64,000 bases of DNA. It comes from a virus. Its lineage: Duplodnaviria; Heunggongvirae; Uroviricota; Caudoviricetes. How positions within the stretch are numbered: position 1 is the first letter of the stretch; every line of letters starts with the position of its first letter. The translations under genes and the position numbers were made by a program. The DNA lies in IMG/VR virus record IMGVR_UViG_3300001242_000012; one strand, 5' to 3'. Of the stretch, positions 1 to 8,996 are shown piece by piece. Under the pieces are notes generated by a model. The model did not search any database. It saw nothing but the letters and a program-made list of their open reading frames with translations, and had not been told where the DNA came from.

Positions 1-35
1 AATATGTTTGATCAAAGGACTAATCATACTAGGAT

Positions 36-581
36 GTGATAATTGTGAGTAAAGTCGGTGCATTCGGCAGTCTTATCGGTGGACTAAAGGCATCTGAGGG
101 CAGAAGCGTGCTAGCTGCCGTTGAAGGAAATATTCCAAAGATTAGGGCACTAGGTCCTGAACATGAAGGACTGGCTGAGAGACTCCTGCAGGCTCAGTCT
201 GAACTTGGAGCTACAGGTACTAACGCAGTTTCAGGATTCACTGGATTAGCTGATCGCTTAGCTGATGTTCCACTAGATGCATGGGCTGGTAGCGCAATTA
301 AGGGTGCTATGGGTTTTGGTGCATTCGGTGGTATATCTGAATGGTCCCAGGGTGGAAGCTTTTGGGAAGGTGCTAAATCAGGAGCATGGAGAGGTGCCTT
401 CGCCGGTGCTGGATTCCGTGCAGTGAAGCAAGCCCCATTCGCTGGAGCATACAAGAATCGTGGATTCCGTGAGGCCATAGATGCATATCGTGGAGATCAA
501 AGCATAAGCAAACAAGTTATGGCTATATCTAGAGCCGCTAAAGCTAATAGACAAGCTGAAGCTATAACAAAGAGGGCGTAA
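36..581 (+). CDS. Gly/Ala-rich hypothetical protein, possibly virion internal or membrane-associated; likely start is GTG at 45
   Basis: 181-aa ORF; AGGATGTGA RBS-like at 31-39 fits GTG45; Gly/Ala-rich hydrophobic stretch (GAMGFGAFGGISEWSQGGSFWEGAKSGAWRGAFAGAGF), basic C-terminus. Confidence 0.6.
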   Translation: MIIVSKVGAFGSLIGGLKASEGRSVLAAVEGNIPKIRALGPEHEGLAERLLQAQSELGATGTNAVSGFTGLADRLADVPLDAWAGSAIKGAMGFGAFGGISEWSQGGSFWEGAKSGAWRGAFAGAGFRAVKQAPFAGAYKNRGFREAIDAYRGDQSISKQVMAISRAAKANRQAEAITKRA

Positions 582-582
582 C

Positions 583-1041
583 ATGGGTGTACTTGGATAT
601 GTAACTAAGCGCATGTTATCTGGTTCCGTTAATACTGTAAACAAAGCTGGTAAGATCGCATATAAGGCTGCAGATGTGACATCAAGGCCCGTATTCAATG
701 CAGCTACATGGGCTGGTAGCAGTTTCTTTCAGAAAGAAGCAGGAAGGACAGCATCCAACTTCTATACTGGACACAAGATGAGCGGACCTGGTAACTGGAC
801 AGCTGCCCTAAGTGGTGCTGGTATTGGCATTGCGGGAGCATATGGATCATACCAGGCATACAATAACTGGGGAGTTGGTACTGCCTACCAGAATAAGGCC
901 ATGGGTCAGGTAGCATATAGTGGTGGATTACCATCACAAGCTTATGATGGATCTGGTAATGTGAACTCTGCTACTGGTAAACGTGACTTTGGTGCTACCG
1001 GAGATCTAGTACTTGCTATGAGTGCTAATAGGAGAGGATAG
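583..1041 (+). CDS. Gly/Ala-rich hypothetical protein with a hydrophobic segment
   Basis: 152 aa, starts 1 nt after the previous stop; WTAALSGAGIGIAGAYGSY segment. Confidence 0.6.
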   Translation: MGVLGYVTKRMLSGSVNTVNKAGKIAYKAADVTSRPVFNAATWAGSSFFQKEAGRTASNFYTGHKMSGPGNWTAALSGAGIGIAGAYGSYQAYNNWGVGTAYQNKAMGQVAYSGGLPSQAYDGSGNVNSATGKRDFGATGDLVLAMSANRRG

Positions 1042-1043
1042 CT

Positions 1044-1706
1044 ATGGACTGGAAATCCCGTAGTAGAATACAGAATCTAGATATGATCAATCCGACACTC
1101 AATAGAGGAACAATACCGAACGTTCATATGAGAAATGGCAAGATAGTTAATGTAACTCAAGATCCATTCTTCTATCTCACCCCATCGAAGGAATGGGATG
1201 CTCCTACTCATGGACGTAAAATGCACAGTAATAGATACCGTACAGACACAGGAGAACAAGGTATGAGGATAACTCCTCATGATCCTAGCGTAACTCAGAA
1301 GCAACTAGGTGCCGTTAATAAGCACATGGGTGTTAAACCCTCATTCTGGGCCTTCTCAGCATTATTCGCTGGTATGGAGATGTACGGTGGAGAGAGCATG
1401 GGTAACGCTGTAGCCAAGGGTATTGGCGAGAGCTTACTCTGGGAATTTGCACCTGGAGCTATGATTGGTTATCAACTAGCTACTACACTACCAAGCGCTG
1501 GTATGGCAGTTGCTGATAGGGTTAGGGCTCAGGGCAGATGGTGGAATCAGGCTCACCGACCAAGCTTTGGCGGTGGATATCGTGACACTCAGCAAGCCAT
1601 TACTATGCGTCAAGCTGCCGTACAAGCAATATCCGGTTCTAAGCTGAATGCTAGGAGTGCATTGGGCGGAGAGGCCAGGATGTTCCACCGTCCGTATACT
1701 TACTAA
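1044..1706 (+). CDS. Hypothetical protein with hydrophobic helices, possibly virion-associated
   Basis: 220 aa, RBS GAGAGGA; FWAFSALFAGMEMYGG and LLWEFAPGAMIGYQLA segments. Confidence 0.6.
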   Translation: MDWKSRSRIQNLDMINPTLNRGTIPNVHMRNGKIVNVTQDPFFYLTPSKEWDAPTHGRKMHSNRYRTDTGEQGMRITPHDPSVTQKQLGAVNKHMGVKPSFWAFSALFAGMEMYGGESMGNAVAKGIGESLLWEFAPGAMIGYQLATTLPSAGMAVADRVRAQGRWWNQAHRPSFGGGYRDTQQAITMRQAAVQAISGSKLNARSALGGEARMFHRPYTY

Positions 1707-1715
1707 GGAGACATA

Positions 1716-2249
1716 ATGGATCTATTAACTAAGTACAGTCAATTAATTGATGAGATGGAATCAAATCAATATCACTACCAAGGCCAAATCTTTAATGATA
1801 GGTCTGATAGGATTGTAGTAATAATGGGCAGAAGGTCTGGAAAGTCTCAAGTAGTCGTCCAGAGGGCATTAAAGTTAACTGGTAGAATATTAATTGCAAC
1901 GCATAATAGTATGTTAGCTAGTATAATGTTCGATAAGATTAAGGCGGCAATACCTGAGAGGTTGCTGAGTGTCTCTAGAAGCTCATCTAAGGAGATAGAA
2001 ACTACATATGGCGCTACAGTCCACATCGTCTCAAATACTGGATCTCTACTTGGTAGAACATATGACCACATAATGATCGATGAACCATCATACATGGATG
2101 AGGACACGATCTCCGATATCTTTGCATCAGGTATGAACGCCACTAAATTACTAATTGGAACTCCATTAGGTATGCCAGACACATTATATGATTACTATTA
2201 CGACCCAAGATGGTCAAGATATAGAATTAATTGGGAGGATACAGTATGA
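1716..2249 (+). CDS. Terminase-like ATPase domain only (TerL paralog without nuclease domain)
   Basis: Walker A MGRRSGKS, ILIATH strand, Walker B HIMIDE, coupling motif LLIGTP; RBS AAGGAG; ends after the ATPase domain. Confidence 0.8.
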   Translation: MDLLTKYSQLIDEMESNQYHYQGQIFNDRSDRIVVIMGRRSGKSQVVVQRALKLTGRILIATHNSMLASIMFDKIKAAIPERLLSVSRSSSKEIETTYGATVHIVSNTGSLLGRTYDHIMIDEPSYMDEDTISDIFASGMNATKLLIGTPLGMPDTLYDYYYDPRWSRYRINWEDTV

Positions 2250-2419
2250 CACTAGATGAAGCAATTAAACACTCCGAGGGAGTGTATCAATCCTATCAGG
2301 ACACAGAACCTGACTGTGCTTGCGCAATGGAACATAAACAACTAGCTGAATGGCTTAGGGAACTTAGGGATATTAAAGAGTTGATGGCATGTCTCACATA
2401 TTTACCGAATCAGAATTAG
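2231..2419 (+). CDS. Small phage hypothetical protein; likely start ATG 2246
   Basis: MTLDEAIKH...CAMEHKQLAEWLRELR; RBS GGGAGG upstream of 2246; overlaps both neighbours. Confidence 0.55.
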   Translation: MGGYSMTLDEAIKHSEGVYQSYQDTEPDCACAMEHKQLAEWLRELRDIKELMACLTYLPNQN

Positions 2420-4011
2420 AATTATTAGCTGTGCTTGAGGACCCAGTACTCTGGATAGAATCAACTACTGGGGAGAAGGCACGTTACTACCAATCTGATA
2501 TGATACGTCATCCATCCATACGCAAAGTTTATAGACTTGGCCGAAGAACGGGTAAAACTTGGTCAATGTGCGCGCACATGTTATGGATGGCCTTTACTAG
2601 AAAGAATGCTGCACTAATCGTTGCAGCCCCTTACGAAAATCAAATATCACTGATATTCGACCAACTACGTAGATTCATAGATAAGGCACCAGAATTACAA
2701 GATAGTGTAAGGCAAGATAGACGACATCCTCAACACATAGAACTGAAGAACGGTTCATACATCAAGGGATTCACAGCGGGTACTAAATCAGGAGCTGCAG
2801 GTGGTAGTTTAAGAGGTCAGAGAGCAGATTGGCTATACCTAGATGAAGTAGATTATATGACAGATAATGATTTCGATACTATATATGCTATATCACTAGA
2901 AGCACCCAGTAGAATTGGAATCACCATTGCATCCACACCTACTGGACGTAGGGGTATGTTCTGGAAATTATGTACCGATAAGAGCATAGGATGGAAAGAA
3001 TTCCACTATACAACCATGGTAAACCCAGAATGGGACGCATCAATGGAGAAAGAACTTCGCGGTATGTTCTCCACTCAAGTAGCATGGGAACATGAAGTAC
3101 TAGCAGAGTTTGGTGAAGAGACCGTAGGTGTATTCAAGAAGGAATACATCGATAGAGCTAGGATGGACTACGAATACGTCAAGGAATCTAAGAATACATC
3201 GTATACTTGCATAGGAGTAGACTGGGATAAATATTCCAATGCAAGTCAGATAGTAGTAGTAGAGTACGACATGGAATTAGGTAAGTTTAAGGTAATTAAT
3301 CGGGAGGAAATTGAAAAGGGCGAGTTCACATTACACAACGCCGTTAAGAAGATAATACAGCTGAATAATAACTTCAATCCGGATTTCATATATGTCGATA
3401 GAGGCTACGGCGAATATCAGGTAGAAACATTACACATATATGGAGATGAACATCCAGAATCAGGTCTTAGACGTAAAGTTAAGGGTTGGTCCTTTGGATC
3501 ATCCTATGAAGTTCAAGATCCTATAACTAAGGAACTTCGTAATACTCCATTAAAGCCGTTCATGGTTAATCAATTAGTATATGTTCTGGAGAGAGATTTA
3601 CTAGCACTTTGTGACTATGACGAGATGATATGGAAGCAACTTGAGAACTATCAGGTTGTAAGATTCACACAAACTGGACAACCAGTATTCACAAGTGAGA
3701 ATGAACACACTGTAGATGCTTTAATGCTAGCAATACTAGCTTTTCAACTAGAATTTCCTAATCTAGCATCTATACTCAAAGATAAGAAAATAGCTCGCAT
3801 AATGAGAGAAACAAAGTTTCAATTCCCAGACCCACTTAAATCACTTGTTTCTTTCGACAAGAATAAGAAGGAGGACGATTGGGACGAGCCCTCACCTCCG
3901 TTACGTAAGGTTCCAGTTGGATATAATCCAAAGAAGGACGGTCAACAATATGGATGGGGCAAGAGAGGAAGCAGTAAGCAAACTGGTGAGCCTAGGAGGA
4001 AGATGTGGTAG
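2389..4011 (+). CDS. terL: Terminase large subunit
   Basis: Walker A LGRRTGKT, SLRG, Walker B LYLDE, IASTP motif, RNase H-like nuclease (IGVDWD, IYVDRG, EHTVDALMLA). Confidence 0.95.
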   Translation: MSHIFTESELELLAVLEDPVLWIESTTGEKARYYQSDMIRHPSIRKVYRLGRRTGKTWSMCAHMLWMAFTRKNAALIVAAPYENQISLIFDQLRRFIDKAPELQDSVRQDRRHPQHIELKNGSYIKGFTAGTKSGAAGGSLRGQRADWLYLDEVDYMTDNDFDTIYAISLEAPSRIGITIASTPTGRRGMFWKLCTDKSIGWKEFHYTTMVNPEWDASMEKELRGMFSTQVAWEHEVLAEFGEETVGVFKKEYIDRARMDYEYVKESKNTSYTCIGVDWDKYSNASQIVVVEYDMELGKFKVINREEIEKGEFTLHNAVKKIIQLNNNFNPDFIYVDRGYGEYQVETLHIYGDEHPESGLRRKVKGWSFGSSYEVQDPITKELRNTPLKPFMVNQLVYVLERDLLALCDYDEMIWKQLENYQVVRFTQTGQPVFTSENEHTVDALMLAILAFQLEFPNLASILKDKKIARIMRETKFQFPDPLKSLVSFDKNKKEDDWDEPSPPLRKVPVGYNPKKDGQQYGWGKRGSSKQTGEPRRKMW

Positions 4012-4170
4012 TGAGTTATTTCATGCATATGGGATTAAACCTGCATTGCGCTTTATATTCTGTTAAACATGCATTAGAACATATAATACATGCATTTGTA
4101 CCTATATATCATATGGATACCGAAATTCATAGGATTGGTGTGGATGACATGGAATAAGGGAGAAATTATT

Positions 4171-4851
4171 ATGGAGGTCGGGCCTGAAATCAATGTATTC
4201 AAGCCAAATGTTGAGGAAGGAAAGATAAGGGTAGTAGCTAAGACATGTGGGGATAACAAGCTTGAATGGGAACACCTGCTGGATATAGGGGCTACTCTGG
4301 CATTGATAAGACTATGTTACGACGAACAATTTGACGTTGAGCTGTATAAGGAAGCCATAGAGTTAGCTGAGGTTGGCGGAAAGTTCTTGATCAATGAATG
4401 CTTAGATAATAGGCAGAGGGTTCGTGCCATCATATACGCATTGAAGCCAATGGTACTAACAATGATGTATCTTGAAGATGATCACGCATTAGATGCTCAT
4501 CTCCATAAGAGTAGTGGTGAAGAGAAAGGTTCTAAGTACTTCATACCAGCTGTAGATCTTGAAGCAGTAGAGAGGTTATCTAATATCTGCATGTTAAATG
4601 GCGTCAATTATCTTGAGCTATTAGATATAGCTATTAGTTGGTTTAATGCAGATGAAGCAATAGCCTATATGTCTATGGCTCGCGAGACTGGGTATCTAGA
4701 TCATGATAGAGTCATAGATGGTGCTCAAGTTGGAAAGATGCTAATCAAAACCATGAAGGGTGACTCTAGAGGGATTGGGATTATAACAGCAACGCTACTG
4801 TTACTCAAGGCTAGTATGATTAACATGCTTGGTGGTTGCGGTAAATGCTAG
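4171..4851 (+). CDS. Hypothetical protein (track start 4090; ATG4171 has the RBS)
   Basis: AAGGGAG upstream of ATG4171, in frame with the track ORF; no recognised domain. Confidence 0.6.
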   Translation: MEVGPEINVFKPNVEEGKIRVVAKTCGDNKLEWEHLLDIGATLALIRLCYDEQFDVELYKEAIELAEVGGKFLINECLDNRQRVRAIIYALKPMVLTMMYLEDDHALDAHLHKSSGEEKGSKYFIPAVDLEAVERLSNICMLNGVNYLELLDIAISWFNADEAIAYMSMARETGYLDHDRVIDGAQVGKMLIKTMKGDSRGIGIITATLLLLKASMINMLGGCGKC

Positions 4852-4862
4852 GAGGCTAGACG

Positions 4863-4934
4863 ATGGCTCTAAGTTCTGGTGACATGGGCAAGATTAAGCC
4901 TACTAAGAAGAAGCCTAAAAAACCTAAGAAATAA
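4863..4934 (+). CDS. 23-aa Lys/Pro-rich microprotein MALSSGDMGKIKPTKKKPKKPKK (not in track)
   Basis: AGGAGG at 4850-4855, ATG4863, TAA 4932-4934. Confidence 0.55.
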   Translation: MALSSGDMGKIKPTKKKPKKPKK

Positions 4935-4999
4935 TGGCGGAATGCCAATATCGGAGACCATAGCTCGTCTCTAATGATTAATTTTATAGGAGGGCAATA

Positions 5000-5236
5000 A
5001 TGAGAGATTCGACTAACTTACCAAAGCTATTTGATGCAGATCAAATAAACTACCTGAGAGGTCTTACTAAGAATATGTTTGTAGATCTTGGGTATGAATT
5101 AGATAATGTAGTGGAAGTTCTTGGTCTATCTGACAAGCAGGATAAAGCAGCTAAACTATTGTTAATTAATACGCTGACTATCTATTCTAATGCGCTTGTA
5201 GAGAACTTAGAACTAGTAAAGGTTGACTCATTATGA
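5000..5236 (+). CDS. Hypothetical protein, 78 aa
   Basis: RBS AGGAGGG; helical composition. Confidence 0.6.
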   Translation: MRDSTNLPKLFDADQINYLRGLTKNMFVDLGYELDNVVEVLGLSDKQDKAAKLLLINTLTIYSNALVENLELVKVDSL

Positions 5237-5379
5237 ATGTAACATATGAAATATACATTATGTATCCAGATGGAACATGTAGTAAGTGTAGAGGATCTGC
5301 AATACAAGAGGGAGAGAATTGGAAGTGTTCTAGCTGTGGAACTATGTTAACTAACTTAGATGTCACAGACTATATATAA
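5233..5379 (+). CDS. 48-aa zinc-ribbon protein (not in track)
   Basis: ATGA overlap with the upstream stop; MNVTYEIYIMYPDGTCSKCRGSAIQEGENWKCSSCGTMLTNLDVTDYI with CxxC-x12-CxxC. Confidence 0.6.
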   Translation: MNVTYEIYIMYPDGTCSKCRGSAIQEGENWKCSSCGTMLTNLDVTDYI

Positions 5380-5476
5380 GAGGTTACAAGACCTCAAACA
5401 CAGGCCCTCCCTTGCTATTATTCAATAGCATTTATCCTCCCTTCTTATGTGGTGATGTCTGCCCCAACAGACATCA
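5380..5476. other. Intergenic cluster of three stem-loops with CCTCCCTT linkers
   Basis: GAGGT/ACCTC (5380-5395), TGCTATT/AATAGCA (5413-5430), TGATGTCTG/CAGACATCA (5453-5476). Confidence 0.45.
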
Positions 5477-5502
5477 TTGCTCTCTTTCTATGAGGTGACA
5501 AT

Positions 5503-6897
5503 TTGAATAAGTGGAAATTAACTGATAAAGAAAAACAACTACTAACATATCATCCGTCTCTAAAGTATATACGTGAGAAGATATCAAGTCCTGGATATAA
5601 CAAAACGAATGTATTCAACGAACAAAACTCCTTCCTTCTTTCTAATATAGCAACCGATACATGGGTTAATATCCAGGATCTCCTTACGTATCTTTCTGTC
5701 ATGATTAGTGGCATTGAGAGCAGATATTTAGATGATTCATTACCTACAGCAATTGATGCAGTAGCTCCATTATCTGATGAAGATAGGGACTACATTAAGG
5801 CATTCGATACAATCTATTTCGTTCCTGACATATCCAATGGAATATCATTTAGAACTTATAGATTAGCTATAGATGAGGCTCCAGAGCCATTGCGTAGCTT
5901 CATTATGGAAATCTATGAGTCATATCATATGGGTGTCAATGGTATTAACGAGGTTGAAGTGTATAGGGATTTGAGAGAAATTTATGAAGATTGGTCAATG
6001 AATAAGAGCTTCTTCTTAAATGTTGTATTAACGAAGGTAGATAAGAGTGCACCAAGTTCCTTAACCTCTGGTGGAGATGGTTTGAGCAGGCTATCAGATA
6101 AAGAGCATAGCGAAATATCAGATCTGATTTCTATGACTATTGATAAAGCTAGATTAGAGAGTGAAATATCTAGAATTATACTTAACAACTCTGGAGAACC
6201 ACTTACTGCTAAGGAGAATGAATATACAAGGTTACACTCACTTATTAACACTCAACAAGATAAACTCAACAATAAAGCAGAAACTACCAATGCTACGAAT
6301 CTCAAACTTTCATACGTTAGAAATGCACTTGATAAGGTACAGAGTCTAGTTTCCCTACAGTTAGAGGATGCCTACTCTAGTGAGATTAATGTTTCTGTAA
6401 AGGAACTACTTAATGTCATAGATAAGAGCGATATTCAATCTGTAATAGTAAGTCTGAGTAGTATGATGAAGACTCATGAAACTAGGTTAAGGGATATTGA
6501 CAAGAAGCGTAGATCGTTTGTTAGTAATAAGACTAAATCACAAATAAATAATGATTTAACTTATGAATCACATATGAGATCGAATCTTACTAAACCACTG
6601 ACTCGTAAACTTATGAACATAAATGACGACGATATTCCTAATGCCATATACATGATAGATAGGATAGCTAATGGGATTGTAGAATCAGAGAAGAAATATA
6701 CTAACCAATTAGATGCATATCATAGTATCGATAAAGTAGATAATGATATGAGAACTTCCCGTTTCAATGAAATAGAAGACAAACATTATACTCGTAGTTA
6801 TTATAAGGTTATGAGTTCCATATCAAAGTTCATACAAGATACTGGCAATGTTCCTTCTGATACAGACATAGATAGCATTATAAAGAACATCAAATGA
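5503..6897 (+). CDS. Hypothetical helical/coiled-coil protein upstream of portal
   Basis: 464 aa, TTG start with GAGGTGA RBS. Confidence 0.7.
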   Translation: MNKWKLTDKEKQLLTYHPSLKYIREKISSPGYNKTNVFNEQNSFLLSNIATDTWVNIQDLLTYLSVMISGIESRYLDDSLPTAIDAVAPLSDEDRDYIKAFDTIYFVPDISNGISFRTYRLAIDEAPEPLRSFIMEIYESYHMGVNGINEVEVYRDLREIYEDWSMNKSFFLNVVLTKVDKSAPSSLTSGGDGLSRLSDKEHSEISDLISMTIDKARLESEISRIILNNSGEPLTAKENEYTRLHSLINTQQDKLNNKAETTNATNLKLSYVRNALDKVQSLVSLQLEDAYSSEINVSVKELLNVIDKSDIQSVIVSLSSMMKTHETRLRDIDKKRRSFVSNKTKSQINNDLTYESHMRSNLTKPLTRKLMNINDDDIPNAIYMIDRIANGIVESEKKYTNQLDAYHSIDKVDNDMRTSRFNEIEDKHYTRSYYKVMSSISKFIQDTGNVPSDTDIDSIIKNIK

Positions 6898-6904
6898 CTA
6901 GGAG

Positions 6905-8992
6905 GTGGATGATGTTGTGACATTTCTCGAATATATACGTAATAGAATTGGAATAACTAATGCGCCATCTAGCTCTGCTAAGATAGACCCCAAGAAAACA
7001 ATAATTAAGAGACTGGGTCTCGCATTTACAAAAGGTACAGGTGGTAAAAAGAACTTTGAAGAGCCTGTCTTCGATTTAGAGGAAATTACTAAGGCTTACA
7101 ACACTGACTCATATATAAGACAAGCTATAGACAAATATGTGGATCTTATGTTCAAGGCAGACTGGGATATAACAGGTAAGAACCAAAACTCTGTTGATTA
7201 CATAAAAATTAGACTTACTGTAATGTCTGAAGCAACCCAAACTCCAATTAAGCAATTTCTACTTAACATTGCTGAAGACCTTGTTAAATACGGTAATTCA
7301 TTTCTAATTAAAGCTAGAGCTAAGGGAACATATCTATTACCTGCTGGTGTACAAGCTCAACCTATAACTGGTGCAGCTCCGATAGCAGGGTATTTTGTAC
7401 TCCCACCAACCACAATCAAGATAGCTAGAGATGAAGTTGGTACTATAGTTAACTATCAACAAAACGTTGCTGGTAAAACTCCGGTGGAGTACAAACCAGA
7501 AGATATTATCCATATAGCATGGAAGAAGGAGCGCGGGCAAGCATTTGGTGTGCCATTCCTAATTCCAGTGTTAGATGATGTTAAGATCTTAAGACAGATG
7601 GAAGAAGACGTCATAAGATTAGTATACAGACACCTCTTCCCACTCCATCAGTACCAAGTTGGTATTGATAAACCAGGCTTTGAAGCTTCTGATGAAGAGA
7701 TTGAGTTAGTTAGGGAGCAAATCAGGAACATGCCACTTGATGGCGGCATAGTAGTTCCTGAGAGACATAATATAACAGTTGTTGGATCTCAAGGTGAAGC
7801 ACTTGATGTAGAAGGATACCTAGAATATTTCCGTAAGCGAGTATTCACTGGTATGGGTGTGTCTGAAACCGTTATGGGCATAGGCGATTCGTCTAACAGA
7901 TCGACAGCAGAATCAATGACTACTGAGATGCATGATAGGATTAAAGCATTTCAGCGTGTTATGGCTGAAGCAATTGATTACTTCATCATTAGAGAATTAC
8001 TACAGGAGGGTGGATTTGATCCACTAACAACTCCTGATGATGATGTAGATTTTAACTTCAAAGAAATAGATCTTGATATGAGAACCAAGCTTGAAAATAA
8101 TATCACTCAATTATGGTTAAATAACCTCATTACATTTGAAGAAGCTAGACAAGCTATTGGCCGTGATCCTGTTGCAGATGAATCAAGATTGTACTTGAAT
8201 GTCGTCGGAGCTACAGAAACAACTACCCAGGCTGAAGCTGATGTTGAGGTTGCAGTTGCTAAGGCTAAAGCAACTCCGAAAGCAGCTCCTGCTAAGAAAA
8301 AGACAGCAGCAAGCATGTCTGAATCATATTCTGTGTCAACTATAGAATATCACGAGATGTTGCAATATCATTGGGAACTCACTCGTTCTGATGTGATAGA
8401 TCTAGTTAAACAATACTACGTTAACAAAGAACGTACATTTGGATCTTATGATTCTAATGAGATTAATGGGATATTACATCTTACCCGTGAGTCAATGCAG
8501 AGAGTATCTGAGAAGTACATCAGACCATCCTTTATTCATGGTGTGGATGCTGCTAGAGTACAAGCAGGGAAGCAACTAATACCTAGTGTTAATTACGATG
8601 CAGGGATTAAAGAAGTACTTAGCCATCAGAAGGACTCTATCATTAGATTACTTGATGAAGATCTAAATCATCTGATAACAGTTTCTATAAGATCAGCAAC
8701 TGTAGAGAACGCAATTGCAAAGATAATGGGTGCTTTCCAAGCACTTAATTATAGATTAGAGTTTATTGCTAATTCAGAACTTTATACTGCGTATAATTAT
8801 GGTTTTATTAAATGTGCTGCAGCTATGGGTATTGACGAAGTAGAAGTAGTTAGTACTAATGGTTGTGATATTTGTTCGACTGCCCACGGTAATAGAATTT
8901 CAACTAAGAATGCTACTACAATATCACAGTCTATACCACCGCTACATCCTAACTGTACATGCATATTAAAAATATCTAATAAGGAGGTGTAG
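6905..8992 (+). CDS. Portal protein with C-terminal MuF/SPP1 gp7-like domain
   Basis: Head-module position; portal-like segments (EDLVKYGNSFL, YKPEDIIHI, AFGVPFLIPV); C-terminal CDIC...PPLHPNCTC. Confidence 0.85.
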   Translation: MDDVVTFLEYIRNRIGITNAPSSSAKIDPKKTIIKRLGLAFTKGTGGKKNFEEPVFDLEEITKAYNTDSYIRQAIDKYVDLMFKADWDITGKNQNSVDYIKIRLTVMSEATQTPIKQFLLNIAEDLVKYGNSFLIKARAKGTYLLPAGVQAQPITGAAPIAGYFVLPPTTIKIARDEVGTIVNYQQNVAGKTPVEYKPEDIIHIAWKKERGQAFGVPFLIPVLDDVKILRQMEEDVIRLVYRHLFPLHQYQVGIDKPGFEASDEEIELVREQIRNMPLDGGIVVPERHNITVVGSQGEALDVEGYLEYFRKRVFTGMGVSETVMGIGDSSNRSTAESMTTEMHDRIKAFQRVMAEAIDYFIIRELLQEGGFDPLTTPDDDVDFNFKEIDLDMRTKLENNITQLWLNNLITFEEARQAIGRDPVADESRLYLNVVGATETTTQAEADVEVAVAKAKATPKAAPAKKKTAASMSESYSVSTIEYHEMLQYHWELTRSDVIDLVKQYYVNKERTFGSYDSNEINGILHLTRESMQRVSEKYIRPSFIHGVDAARVQAGKQLIPSVNYDAGIKEVLSHQKDSIIRLLDEDLNHLITVSIRSATVENAIAKIMGAFQALNYRLEFIANSELYTAYNYGFIKCAAAMGIDEVEVVSTNGCDICSTAHGNRISTKNATTISQSIPPLHPNCTCILKISNKEV

Positions 8993-8996
8993 ATAG

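Noticed and set aside
1-35. SigA promoter TTGATC...CATACT
   Set aside because: Spacing is about 11 nt rather than 16-18
1716-4011. Terminase split by an intron or intein
   Set aside because: Both ORFs have their own Walker A and B motifs and TerL is complete; the gap holds an ordinary small ORF, not a homing endonuclease
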